A DNA stretch of 64,000 nucleotides, from the NCBI GenBank assembly GCA_964016885.1, contig OZ024743.1:23436001-23500000 (forward strand), in the 5' to 3' direction. The notes beneath the pieces are model-generated. The model had not been told where the DNA came from and did not search any database. It saw nothing but the letters and a program-made list of their open reading frames with translations. Below, piece after piece: positions 13,238-26,146 of this stretch. The stretch is from Eledone cirrhosa. Lineage: Eukaryota. The stretch's first letter is position 1. Each line of letters starts with the position of its first letter. The translations under genes and the position numbers were made by a program.

Positions 13238-13729
13238 CCACATTCAAATAAATATTATTCTTCAGTCAAAGCTAAACACATTTCTCTACATATCTTCATT
13301 GTATATTGTAATGTCAGCATAGGTGTATGGTTCTTGCCTTAGAGAGCATCTCACTAGGTGCTGTATAGTTTGTGGCTATGTACCACAGTCGCACATGTGG
13401 CATTGTTGGTAGAGATATATTCTAATTTGTTGAGTGTCAGCTTAGCTCAGTCACCTTCACAGTCAATTAACCCTTGTGATACCTGTCTTATTGAAACCAC
13501 CCCTGGTTCTATAATACAAAATTGTTTATTTTAAAGTGTTTTTATTTATCTAAAAACCTTCCATCATAATTTGATCTAAGAACCATTGTTAAGTTATGAT
13601 CTAAACACCAACTTAATAATGAGAAAGCCCATTATATTACTAGATCTCTCCATATTCTTGGTTATTTTCAAAATGATTTGAAAATCATTGGCAGTGATTT
13701 TTATTCGAAATATGGTAGCAAAGACATTT

Positions 13730-14433
13730 CCACTTTGCCCAGCTTTCCCAGTTCTGTAAGTCGGGGCATAGTAATGGTGATGAGCCAAGTCAAGAACAAG
13801 GGAGACATAGATATTTTCCAGTTACTGACTCTGCTGAAAACAGAGTTTAAGATTTTAGTCAAAGTTAGCATGGAAGATGTACGTTAAACGATGATGATGA
13901 TGATGTGCTAGCAACGAGGTTGGCAGGTGTAGTCTTCTTTTAGTTGGGAAGGGCAAGCAGTTTTACTCTGTCTCATGACTGTAGCAAAAGAAATTATTTG
14001 TGGACGTGGTTGAAAGGACTGAAGACAGACCCTTTCCTCTTCTGCCAAGCTCTCATTGACTTTTCAAGTTCCACTTGGAAAAGAGGGTGAGGATGGAGAG
14101 GGAAGTACTACCCCGAATATATTTGTTAAAGGTGGGTTTATGTAGTGAGAATAGCCTGAGCAGATGGGCCTACTCTGACATGCACCTGTTGACCAAAGAG
14201 TTTCGAGAAGAGAAGCACAACTTCCTATAGTACTCTTAGAGATTAGGAGGAGGTAGGATCTGTGAGGTTCCTAAGTCACCCCTGGGTAGTGTTTCTCCTA
14301 TTTAGGAATTTTCATTGTTATAATTGTATTGTTTATTGTTATCTGTTATCTTTTTTATACTTTTTTTGTAAATCCCCACTGTCCTGGTTTTTGTATTATC
14401 CTCTATTTCAGCCCTAGTGTCCAATAAAGAAAT
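13730..14433 (+). mobile_element. Old fragments of the Tx1-like LINE family (RT piece and 3' end)
   Basis: PSSVSRGIV..NKGD..TLLKTEFKILVKV matches ORF2 of 26147-29566; ~13985 matches the AKEIVWWTRLKGLKT region; ends in aataaagaaat. Confidence 0.7.
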
Positions 14434-14607
14434 AATTGTTTCTATTATTGGCACAAGGCCAGCAATTATCCCAGTGTATTACTGGTGCTTTATTTTATCA
14501 ACCCTGTAAGGATGAAAGGCAAAGTTAACCTCAGAACGTAAAGGATCATAACTCTATGTTGCAAAGCATGGTGCCTGATGCTCTACCGATACTGCCAATC
14601 CACCACC
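14434..14607 (-). mobile_element. tRNA-derived SINE
   Basis: Same family as 4274, with an internal deletion. Confidence 0.85.
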
Positions 14608-14624
14608 TTAAAATTAATTAATGT

Positions 14625-15070
14625 TGCCACAAGGGCCTACATTTAGGGGACAATACAGAAAGTCAGGGTCAGTGGTAGTTTACAAAAAATATTTGAATAA
14701 AAAAATAAAAACAACAATAACAATAAATAATAGAATTACAAACAACAGAATTCCCCAAAAGTGGGGAGAACCCCCCAAGGGAAACTTAGGTATTCTACCA
14801 ATCCTGAACTACACAATGCTTCAAGAGCACCCAGAAAGGCACCCCTCTTCTCCTCAAATCAACCAGCCTACAACCGCATGCTCAGTGTAGGCTCATTCAG
14901 ACAGACCATTCTTGCCATATTCACTCACCTTTTAACAAATGTATCGCTGGCAGCACTTCTCTCTCCACCCTCACCTTCCTTTCTAGGTGAAACTTGAAAA
15001 TAGTTGATGAGGGATTAACTGAAGAGAAAAATGTCCGTCTTCAATTCTTTTGACCTGGTCCACATTGGTG
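14625..15070 (-). mobile_element. Old 3' end of a Tx1-like LINE, opposite orientation to 13920-14433
   Basis: Similar to the LINE 3' UTR and ORF2 C-terminus at 19860-20310. Confidence 0.55.
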
Positions 15071-15149
15071 GCCTTTTCAGTTAGGACGAGCTTCGCATCT
15101 CCATTGCACTTCAAGTAGAAGCTGATGTCTATTGGGGTCTGAGATGTTG

Positions 15150-15535
15150 CTGTGGTAGGTCCCTCGACTCCAAAGGTCTACATGTTTTGTCATACCATCT
15201 GAATGCTGGTCATTTTGCCTGCCATACTGAGTTAGACCTGACCATCAAAGGGCCCTTGCTCGGGTAAATATCACCTCAGTTCTGAAGCCAACTGGTTTAT
15301 CCAGAAGTGATGGGAAGAGACCAGATGGCCTTACCCTTTGTCCCTAAGTAAGAGGTAGGTATCTCATCTGGGACACCACAGTCAGTGACTCTTTTGTTTC
15401 CTCCCACATCATGGACACTACGGTAAATGTGGGGGTGACTGCTTCCATAGCTGAACAGAAAAATTCAGAAATATCTAATAATTTTTTCCAGCCTGTGCCA
15501 TTTGAGACATTTGGTGGAGTCGGGCCACTGACAGT
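15150..15535 (+). mobile_element. CRE-like non-LTR retrotransposon RLE endonuclease relic
   Basis: Translates [33 protein letters not shown] and ..VPFETFGGVG. Confidence 0.75.
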
Positions 15536-15821
15536 GGTAGAATGTTAGATAAAATATTACTGTAGTATTTCTTCTGGCTCATTACATTCTACATTCAAAT
15601 CCCACCAAGGCCAACTTTGCCTTTTAACCTTCTGGGTTTGATAAAATAAAGTACCAGTCACGTATTGGGGTTGGTTAAATCAACTTTGCACTTACTCTAA
15701 ATTCGCTAGCCTTGTGCCAAAATTAAAAATTAATATTAATAAAAGAAATTTGAGTATATAAGATTGAATAAAATATTCTTGGTGTATTTCTATAGAAAAT
15801 ATAAGGTAACATGAAATAGTA

Positions 15822-16052
15822 CAGTGGAACCTCGGTTCACGAACATACAAGCTGGCAACAACAGTTGCCAAGCAGCTGGGAGTATTGGCAGGAAATCGTC
15901 ACTTGCTTTATAGTTAATTACTATCTATCTGTTTTACACACACAGTTTCTTACTCACTGTATTTCTCTCTTAATATTTTGTATGGGGAAAATAGTTTCGG
16001 GTGATGAACAGCCTTTAGGAAGGAATTAAGGTGGTGAACCAAGGTTCCACTG
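15822..16052. mobile_element. Tigger/pogo-type MITE
   Basis: TA|cagtggaacctcggttcac ... gtgaaccaaggttccactg|TA. Confidence 0.85.
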
Positions 16053-16067
16053 TATTTAACAACTTAC

Positions 16068-16125
16068 TGACCTAAAGTGTGTCTTGCTTGTGATTTCAGT
16101 TGATTTAACAGTGCATTTTCCATTG
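16068..16125 (-). CDS. Possible small host exon
   Basis: Acceptor ttattttcag; donor gtaagt (or gtcagt 4 nt earlier); two frames are open, so the frame is unresolved. Confidence 0.35.
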
Positions 16126-16154
16126 CTGAAAATAAATATGTTATTGTTTTAAAC

Positions 16155-16497
16155 TAGAGGTTCTCAAACTATTGGGGCCACCACCCCACTCACCACCACA
16201 TAATACCCTCAGTACCGCCCAACCCTATTTCCAGAGAGACCTTCCTACACGCAAATTGTAAATAATATATAATAGATAAAATCGTTAATATATATATAAT
16301 AAATAATATAATATATACTATGTATAAATAAATATTATATATTTTATAATTTTGCTATATTTATATATAGTATGTATCATTTGATATTTAATATATTATT
16401 ATATCATCTCTACCACCCCGCCCCCAGTCCTCCTGTGCCCCCCTTGACCTTCTCAATGCCCCCTGGGGAGTGATAGCACCCACTTTGAGAACCTCTG
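16155..16497. mobile_element. hAT-type MITE with 8-bp TSD
   Basis: TIRs tagaggttctcaaa / tttgagaacctctg; TTTTAAAC at 16147-16154 and 16498-16505. Confidence 0.9.
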
Positions 16498-16565
16498 TTT
16501 TAAACAGTTGAAAGAAGTTTATTTAAAAATTACAAAAACAAAATAGAAAATAAAAACAAAATATT

Positions 16566-16747
16566 AATTGTTTCTACTTTAGGCACAAGGCCAGCAATTA
16601 CCCAGTGCATTACTGGTACTTTATTTTATCGACCTCGTAAGGATGAAAGGCAAAGTAAACCTCGGTGGGATTTGAACTCAGATCGTAAAGGGACGTAACT
16701 ATGTGGGAAAGCATGGTGTCCGACCCTCTTCCGATGCTGCCAATCCA
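16566..16747 (-). mobile_element. tRNA-derived SINE
   Basis: Same family as 4274. Confidence 0.85.
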
Positions 16748-17160
16748 ATTATTGTATGAAAAGACGAGAAGGTAATCATAATCATCTTTATTATCATTAT
16801 TATTTTTAACGTCCATACTTCCTGCTAGCAAGGGTTGGTCAGGTTATCACACACAGAGTCAATGACCTCTCAGATAAGTAGGGGTCCTGGATCTCATTTA
16901 CATACCTTCCCATACTCTACCAAATGCCTTTAATCATGGCACCTGCACTAATGAGACTGTTATGTGTTTTTACATCACTGAAGGGTCCTGCTGACCCTTT
17001 GTTTGGCAGGTTTTCTAGGGCTAGATGCCATTCCTGGTTCCAACCACATTATTGAATCTACTGGATGCCTTTTTCATGGCAATAGCATTAGAGAGGCTGT
17101 TAGTTATTGACACAAATATAGAACCCTCTATACCTATAGACACAAATAACCCCCATATAT

Positions 17161-17380
17161 ATCATCATCATCATCACCGTTTTACGTCCATTTTTCCATG
17201 TTAAACGAGTTGTCCTGTTGTGAGCAATGCTAGATCAGGTGACCATGTCTTGTTTATACAGAACTGATTTGGGCTTGGTTTCTACAGCTGGATGCCCTTC
17301 CTAATGCCAACCTTATTCACAGTGAGTACCGGGTGCTTTTTGTCATGTCGATAGCACGACCACTTTACAGTGTAGACTGG
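17161..17380 (-). mobile_element. (CAT)n-tailed RTE-related SINE/LINE 3' end
   Basis: catcatcatc..tttacgtccatttttccatg and tttctacagctggatgcccttcctaa; related copies near 6260, 16800, 58150, 60700, 61860 and 63300. Confidence 0.65.
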
Positions 17381-18216
17381 GGGCTCCACTAGATGTATAC
17401 TTCAGCCTGTCCTCATGGAAGAAGTATTCGAGATAACTTTGTTTATATTTTATCACAGCTATTGTAGCTTTCTATTTCGGACAGATAATATGCCTGAGGT
17501 TTGTTGGCTATTTCTTCCCACTTCCTTTATTCCCCTTTCTTTCATTCTTTCTCTCCCTCCCTGCTCTTCCTTTCCTCTTACTGCTTGTTTTCTTTCCTCT
17601 TCCCTTCTCCTATTCGCCACTCTTATTCGTCACTTCCGCTTGCAGAGCCATTGTTTTTACATTTCTCATGGTAACTTAAGGCCAAGTAGACTCATCTTAT
17701 TTTTCACTCTTTCTGGCTTGTCTATCTGTCTATCTAATCTATTCGTCCCTACCACAAACATTATACCTATTTCCTATACCTATTACCTAACACAAACATT
17801 ATACCAAGAGAGATATTTATTTCTCCATAGTTACGTGCCGTCTATTTTACGTAGTACTTTTAGTTAAATGGTCTAAACCACAGACGGTCTAAAAGCTGAT
17901 GAGTGTATTTAAATGTATGTGTGATTTCCTCTCGTCCATTTTATTCTTTTCTACTTTTTTCCTATCGCATATAGCTGCTGATCTATATCCTTTGAGGTAA
18001 ATTTTACCCAACGCCATCATTGACAGCATTTTACTGTTTTAACAGATTTCTTATGTTGAATTTTTACCATTATCCTACGAAATATATATATACATGTGTG
18101 AGAGAGAGAGAGTGAGGGGGGGGGGGAGAAAGAGAGAAAGAGAGAAAGAGAGGGGTAACCAAAGTAACGTACTCAATCCATAAGTAGAGTGTAAATATCA
18201 TGTTTAGTATACAAAT

Positions 18217-18268
18217 GGCTTCTACAGAACTAGAACTGTTTAATCCAAAAGAAATCATTAGGAAAGCC
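18217..18268 (-). pseudogene. Inactivated hammerhead copy (family of 35326/35938)
   Basis: Aligns with 35326-35376 but has CTAATGA and TAAA in the core; flanks 18150-18340 resemble 35255-35440. Confidence 0.6.
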
Positions 18269-18822
18269 AACTGTCCTTGTAAAAGGGTATTTATATGTTT
18301 TCTGGTGGTTGGGAAAGGGGGTGATTTAGGGGATGGGTGGAGGTCTTTGGACAAGAGATTTTAAAGAAAAGGGATTCTTTGAAAAACTATTTTTAGATAT
18401 ATACTCAAAAGTCAAATGACACAGATAAAGGACCAGGTCCATATTCACACACAAGTACCCGTGCACACTCATACACACGGACGCCCACACTTTTCAGGGT
18501 TCAATTATTCTAAGTATGCAAATGGAATTTTATGAGTGACTGATAATTGTGAGGGTCTGGCCACAGAATTTGGCTCTGGTATCAATGGGTTATTGACACC
18601 TGTCGAATCAATTAGTGGTGAGGGTGGTGGAATTTGCAACAATATCCACGAGACACACACACACATATATATATATATCTTCGAGACCGAGACCACTAAT
18701 CATGTGAGTACTCGATACATGGGAGATGTAGAAATGTAGAATGGGTATAGAGATGTGTAAATCTCAACCGCGGTGCGAAGCGGTTTCGGCTTATGTCCAC
18801 TTGGCGCCGCGGTTGGGATTTT

Positions 18823-18916
<94 letters not shown>

Positions 18917-19712
18917 AGAGTCAGGACCCCTGTAGAAACGGCCTGTGCTCAGCCGTCGGAGTCCTGACTCTTTTCATATTACCCACTCTACTACACTAAG
19001 TATCGAGTATTCTGGTGCGTTATGGTCCACCTAGTTTCTTACCACACTTTCTTTGTTATACATACATACTTACATAGTCAGTCAGTCAACGCGATGAGTC
19101 GCACATTTTGGCGTAGGAGACTATTCATTAAATTTAAGATGAATACTAACTCCGACAGTAATGCCACAACTACCGGTCATGTTGAATAAATGGTTATTCT
19201 TCTAACTATATCCACTGAAGACACCTTTTATTCGAATTCGTAGAGATATCCAACTAAATACATAATTCATTTTACAAGGATTTGCTACAAACAGCGTGGC
19301 TGAACACAACATCATCAACAACATTAATGAAGTACCGAAGAAAAACAACAACGAGAAAGGTAAACAAAATTTACTCACTTGTAGCTACAGAAGGAACCGA
19401 AATTATAAATTGCATTTTCCTTGTAGCTTCTCTGCCTTCTTTCGCCGAAAAGAAGTAGGTGACATAGTCACTACTTTAAAAATGATAGCGTAAGGTCTTC
19501 AAAATGTTTTTAATTAAACATACGGTATATTGCCAGAAAAAAGAGAATCAGATTGCTGAAGCTCACGGGGGAGATGACAAATGACTGTGACGAATGGAGA
19601 GATGCCATGCTTAATAAGACCCGTCCCGCCCTTGCAAGCAGAAAAAAATGAACGTAAAATGATGATGATGATGATACATTCATGTATACATCGCTATTTC
19701 AGAGCACCAATC

Positions 19713-19752
<40 letters not shown>

Positions 19753-19808
19753 CATGATGGCTGCCCCCTCGTTATCGAGTATGGCCATTGCACGAGAAAA
19801 AAAAAAAA

Positions 19809-19850
<42 letters not shown>

Positions 19851-19852
<2 letters not shown>

Positions 19853-22800
19853 TTTCTTTATTAACCACAAGGGTTTACATAAAGTAGACATTAAGGACAG
19901 TGCAGGACAATGCAGGACGGTACAAATGGGCATTTCTGCGTGTAAAAAAACAAAAACAGAGGATGTAACAAAAATAACAATGAAAATAACAATGAAAAAT
20001 TCCCCAATAGGGGGGAGACTTCGGAGGGACATTTGTGGAGAAAGCCCAGTAAAAAGCCACAATGACCCTGACCACCAAGGCAAGTGCCCTCTCCCAGTTT
20101 TCCACCTTTAGTTTACAGATATATACTCAGAGTCGGCCCATTCACTCGGGCCATTCTTGCTTCTCTCACCCATCTTTCAACAAAATGCTGGGAAGAGAGC
20201 ACTTCCTTCTCTACTCTGATTTTCCTTTTCAAATGAAATTTGAAAAAGTCAATCAGAGCATCACCGAAGAGGTAAGTGCTCGTCTTCAGCCCTTTCAAAC
20301 GTGTCCACCATACTATCTCTTTCGCCATGGCCACCAGACAGATAAAAACTGCCTGCCCTTCCCGACTAAAGGAGGAGGGCGGGGCAATCCTCACGATAGA
20401 CTCAGATGATAGCCGGATCCGTCCTAAACGCGACAGCAGGTGTTCGACATAAACCCACAAGTCAGCAATTTTCGGACACTGGACGAGTGCGTGCAGGACG
20501 GTTTCGTCGCCCTGCGCGCATCTCGGACATGCCCAGGTGACGGCACCTCCATGCCTGTAGAGTTTATCCCGAACTGGCAAGGCTCCTCGGTAGCACTGCC
20601 AGGCCAGAGATTTCTGGAAGTTGTCCATAGGCCCTGGCCCGAAAGTTCTTCCGAAGAGATTGGCTAGTTGATTTTCGTCGACGCCTAGAGTTTCCCCAAG
20701 TACGTCGTCGCTCTTCCCCTCCACTAATCCTCTATAGAACGCCGAGGTGGAGTTTCCACCGATCACATTGCCCGATTGGTCGAGGGCTGTGAGCGCCTGA
20801 AGACATTCCAGTCTCCAGGCGCTCCCTCTCGGTCTTCGCTTGACCCAGGACTGCAGCTCCGTCAAGGAAACGAGCTGGGGAAATACGCGCCTAGCAAACG
20901 GCGACCACACCTGATCACCGTCGAGGAAGAGGTAGAGATGTCGTAGCCTGAGCGCGTGCCTGCGCATCATCAGCCACGGCATGCCCAGCCCTCCACGTAG
21001 CGGGTGTTGACAACAGATGGACCGCCTGACCATCGGAGCACGTCCCTTCCACAAAAAGCGAAAGAGCAAACGCTCCAGCGCAGTCAGGAGAGGCTTAGGA
21101 CAAGGTACGACGGTCAGGCGGTAGCAGATGACAGACGCGATGTACGCGTTAGCCACCTCCGCTCGACCTTTCAGGGATAGCTTCCTCTCCGCCCATTTCT
21201 GGGTGAGAGAAGCCACCCTGCTCGTCACCTCGTCCCAGTTTTTGTCCGTCTGGAGGTCCGGACCGAACCAGACCCCTAGCAATTTAACCGGTCCGTCCGT
21301 CCAGCGTCCGACGACGCTGTTGGACGGCATGGACCTGCCTCTCCAGGTGCCGAGCTGCAGGCCCACTGACTATTCCTGGTTGATCATTGCTCCTGTCACC
21401 GCTTCGTATTCTCTTAGTGTAGTGCCGATCGCCTCGATGTGTTTGGCGTTCGACACCACTACGGTGACATCGTCCGCATATGCTGACACGGATCTTCCGC
21501 ATCCTAGTTCGCGCGGGACTCCCCTCAACGTCTCCAGTTTGTGCAGTAATGGCTCGAGAGTCAATACGTACAAGAGGGACGAGAGGGGACATCCTTGGCG
21601 GACCGAGCGCATGATGTTGAACGGTTCCGACAGGTGACCGTTCACTCTCACCACAGAGCAGATGTCGCTGTGCATGGCAGCGATCCAGCCTCTGAAGACG
21701 GGCCCAAAGCCAGCCGCCCTCAGGACTGCCGCTAGGTAACGATGGTCGACCCTATCGAAAGCTTTCGACTGATCTAAATTGATCAAGGACCCACCCGTGC
21801 CAGGTTCCCTAGCTACCCTCTCTACGATGTATCGCATGAGGTGGAGGTTGTCGTGGATGGATCTGTCGGGAATGGCGCATGTCTGCGCCTCTCCCACCAG
21901 ACCACCAACGACAAGCGCCAACCTCTTTGCTCGCACCTTGGCCAAAATCTTAAACTCTGTGTTTAGCAGAGTTATGGGCCGGAAATGTTCTATGTTATCC
22001 CCCTTGTTCGGATCCTTTCTCAGCAGTGCCACCGCTCCTCGGCTCACAGAACTGGGAATTCTCCCGTTCTGTTGCCAGTTGCAGTAGACGTCCGCCAAGA
22101 GGCCTCCGAACAAGTCTGGCATCTGTACGTAAAGTTCATAGGGCAGACCATCCAAACCAGGCGATTTACCCCTTGTGCAGCCAGTCATTGCCTCCCTTAC
22201 TTCAGCGGCTGTTATCGGCTTTTCGCAACACTTCGCCTCAGTGGCCGAGAGCCGCGGCAGTCCGTCGAGGTAGACACTAAAGTCCATCCCTCTACCCGGC
22301 CCACCGCTGCCCCCGAACAGCTGAGCGAAGTGTCGCTGAAAAGCTTCACACATTTGCCCGGGATCGAGTAGCATGCGCCCGTCGTGGTCCACCAAAGACC
22401 GGATCGTGGCTTTGTTGCCACGACGCGCCTCCGCCACTCGGGCCCATTGAACGGCTTTCGTCCCCTCGTGTCTGAGAGCACGCACCCTTGCTCTGACAAC
22501 GCAGCCTTCGTGCTTTGCATTGAAGAATTGGTCAAGGGCCAATTTCGCCGCAAGCACGTCGGTCGCAATGCCTTTGCTAAGCGCCTCGTCTAATTTTCTA
22601 ACTAGTTCTCCCTCTGCTCTATTTTTCTCTATTGCTAAAGCCTTACTAAACCTAATCGATTCTATTCTAATCGCTCTTTTCAGAGCAAACCACCACTTGT
22701 TGTTGACGATGGCCCCCGTCAACGCCCGCTTAACTAGTTCGCTAATCCGGTCTCTGTAGGCCTTGCGCGCTGGTAAGGACGCGTTTAGCTTCCAGTAGCC

Positions 22801-25800
22801 GGGTCCTCGTCTATGAAGCCTATCTAAGTCAAGCACACAGATCACGAATTTGTGGTCCGTGTAGCTGACTATCTTGAATTGTGGACAGCCTATGCTAGAC
22901 CTATCTATTTCCCTACAAAATACTCTATCTAGATATGATCTGGATGACCCTATGCGGTTTGTCCAAGTCCACATTGGCACATTCGGGAAATCCAATCGGT
23001 ACCTGTCAGACAGTTCAAAACGCCTGAGCAGGTTGGTGAGGCTCTTGCACCCTCCACCCCTATCCGCTAATCCCACACAGTCCCAGCGTGCATCTAAGAT
23101 CCCGTTCCAGTCGCCCACTAACACTAAAGAGCGGGACGTTCCAAGAAAGGTCTCCAGACGCCGGAAGAAATCAGGCCGCCCTGCTCCTGTCGGGGCATAG
23201 ACGGCCACTAGCCTGAAAGCTTGCCCGTCTCCGCTGGTCACGTCCAGCACCACCAGCTTACCCTCTGGGTCTAGGAAGATGGCCCGTATGGCGAGATCCA
23301 AACCTCTCCGAAAAAGCACAGCAACTCCTCTACCGGATCCAGGACGGCTGGGAGATGCGTACACATCGTAGCCGCCGAAGATCGGTGCAAAGGCCCGTGC
23401 TTCGGAGATTCTGGTCTCGCTGATGGCGACTACATCTATGTTTAGTGACCTGAGGTCGTTGAGCAGGTGACCCTGCTTCCATGACGACCCCAAGCCACGC
23501 GCATTTATGCTGCCTATTCTGAGTGAGGTCATGTTTAAAATAGAGTGGAAAAGATGGGAAAGACCACTTACCGTACTTTTGGTAGAGGAAGGATGGTTTG
23601 TACATCCCTTTTCACTTGATCGTCTGGTGAAGGGACCGTTGAATCGTCCCTTCGGCTGGTTGTCGGCTCTTCTAAGAGAATGTCTGAGTATACTCTTCGA
23701 TTGATGGTTCCTCCTAGGTCCCTGAAATCACCAACTGCGTTGGGGAATTTCGTTTTAATATTTGTGTATTGTTTCTGTGCTATTTTTAGCAGTCTTATGT
23801 TAGTTGGCGTTTTGATTGGTGCTGGTATTATGTAGTCCTGTTGTAAAATGTCTGTGTGTTCAATTATGTAAGTCATTAGTTTCTTGTTGTGTGTATTTAT
23901 TGCCGTGCATTTGTTTTTTTCTGGGGGTGGGGTGTGGTTCTGCTATTTTCTTGTCGTTGTTGCTGGGTGTGTGTGTTTTGTTGTTGTGTTTGCGATGTTG
24001 GTGCTTGTGGTGGTGGTGTTGAAGGTGTTGTTGGCGGTGGGGTTGTCGCCGGTGGTGATGGTGGTGCTAGTGTGGGTGGTGATGGTGTTGGTGTTGTTGC
24101 TGCTGTGGGTCTCTTTGCAGTAGACTTTACCCTTTTCTCATTTCTTTCCTCCCTTTTCAAAGGCGACGATGCGCTGCTTCTGCGTTTGTGCCTTCTTACG
24201 ACCTTTTGCCATCTCTCTCCCACCTCACACTCCATGTCTGATTCTGTGAGGTCGGGGAGGGGTACCAGCTCCACTCTTTCACTTGTTGTTGTTGGTGATG
24301 TTTGCACTGGAGTCTCTGTTGCAGCTGCATTTGGTATTGCTGTTGTTGTTGTTAGTATTTCCACTGCTGCTGCTGTTTTTGATTTCCGTGGAGTGGGTAT
24401 GGGTGCCACGGGCCTATCGTTCCTGGTTGCCGCTTGTCCTGTTGCTGGTAGCCGTGGAGCCGGATTCGGAAGGAGGGGGGTTTTCTCCTTTCTCAGGGTC
24501 TTCTCGTTGCAGAAGGCCCTGAGGTGAGTCTTCGATCCACAGCGAAAGCATTTCGGGCGTTTGCCCTCAACACTTATGGTGGGCAGTTGAGTGCCGTTAT
24601 CGAAGTCTATCACATCCGGGATAGCTTCGATGCACTCCTGGTTGGTTTGGATTAGCATCTCAATGGAGGAGCCGACCCAATCTTCTCTTACTTTTTTCTG
24701 TACTTGCAGTACAGTTGTTTTGTCCTCGATTCCGACGAGGACAGACGCGGCCAGCCAAGAAGGGGTCATTCCGGGGGGGACGTGGGTCAGTTTGACCCTC
24801 ACAATTTTTTGCCCACAGTAGGAGGGCACCAACACCATTTCCTCGCTCCTTAGGGTCACTACTGATTGGGCCTTTGCCTCCTGGGTGTGGCAAAAAGTAC
24901 GTCTACGGTGGCATATTTTTTGCCTCGGGTGATGTGCGTTTTCCGCTGCCACACAGACCCCAAGGCTTTTTGTATTTGGGCCTCTGTGGCTCTTTCCACC
25001 CTACGGGATTTTGTACTTACTGTACGGTACGTGACCGTACAGTGCTCTTGGGTTTCGAAAAATTTCTCCGCTGCCTTGCAGATTGCTCGGTGTCCGTTCT
25101 TTGTCACCATCTTCTTCGCTTCCTCTAATTCCTCATTTGTTATGAGGATTGTTTCCAAGTTTTTCGTAATACCTGCAAATGAGATTGGTTTTTCTCTGCT
25201 GTTGTTGTTGTCGTCAGAGCTGCTGGTACTTTTGTTGTTGCTGCAGGTACTACGACTACTGCCTCCGCCGCTGTTGCTGTGGTTGTTGTTGGTGTTGCTG
25301 CTGCTAATGCTGTTGTTGTTTATGCTGCTGGTGATGCTGTTGCGGCTGCTACTGTTGTTTTCATTGTCACTGTTGCTGTTGTTATTACGGCTGCTACTGC
25401 TATTATTCCTGACGTCAGACGAATGAACTGGGTTTTCGTATTTCCCGCACACCTGTTTCGTCGCTGTCGTCGTCGTCGTGGAGAAACCTTGCACGCTTTG
25501 CACGAGACTTTTCTTTTCTTTCGTCACTTGCGAAAGAGAAGGGAGGGAGAGAGACACATTTAAAGAAGGGAGGGAAAGAGACAATCTTCTCTCTGCTGTA
25601 GTGATGATTGAGGAAGAAGAAGACGGAATGAGTGGGAGTGACGTATGAAATTTCTTTTTCGTAGCCATGTTGTTTTTTTGTTTAAAATGAAATTTTGGGT
25701 ACAAAACCCCAATAACTGGTTATTTAACCCCGAAGGGACAAATAACGGACAGAAAGACCCCTCTCACGAGGAGGAGGGTGTCTTTATCAACAATTTGGTT

Positions 25801-25884
25801 CAAGTTTTAAACAATTTACAATTGTTTTAACGGTTAAAAATTACTATACCTTACAGAGCCGAGCCTCCGTCAACCATGGCATTC
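19851..25884 (-). mobile_element. Tx1/L1-like LINE copy A (full length, inactivated)
   Basis: Collinear with copy B; ORF2 nonsense AAG>TAG at 21370; ORF1 frameshifts near 24883 and 23920; AATAAA at 19857-19862 before the (ATT)n tail. Confidence 0.95.
20113..23532 (-). pseudogene. Copy A ORF2 (APE-RT-zinc finger), one in-frame stop
   Basis: The 720 aa and 417 aa ORFs are in the same frame, split only by the TAG at 21370-21372. Confidence 0.95.
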
Positions 25885-26146
25885 AATAATAATAATAATA
25901 ATGTTTTCTTTATTAACCACAAGGGTTCACATAAAGTAGACATTAAGGACAGTACAGGACAATACAGGACGGTACAAATGGGCATTTCTGCGTGTAAAAA
26001 AACAGAGGTTGAAATAAAATAACAAAGAAAAAATTCCCCAATAGGGGGGAGACTTCCAAGGGACATTTGTGGAGAAAGCCCATTAAAAGACCACAGTGGC
26101 CCTGACCACCAGGGCAAGTGCCCTCTCCCAGTTTTCCACCTTTAAT

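Noticed and set aside
17864-17910. cttttag..ctaaaag-CTGATGA, resembling a hammerhead
   Set aside because: No GAAA half or stem II in a suitable position.
19379-19415. Possible first exon MQFIISVPSVAT|gtgagt
   Set aside because: Short, not signal-like, and adjacent to repeat sequence; insufficient support.
21370-21372. TAG in copy A ORF2 as programmed readthrough or an editing site
   Set aside because: Copy B has AAG, and copy A also carries ORF1 frameshifts; ordinary decay explains it.
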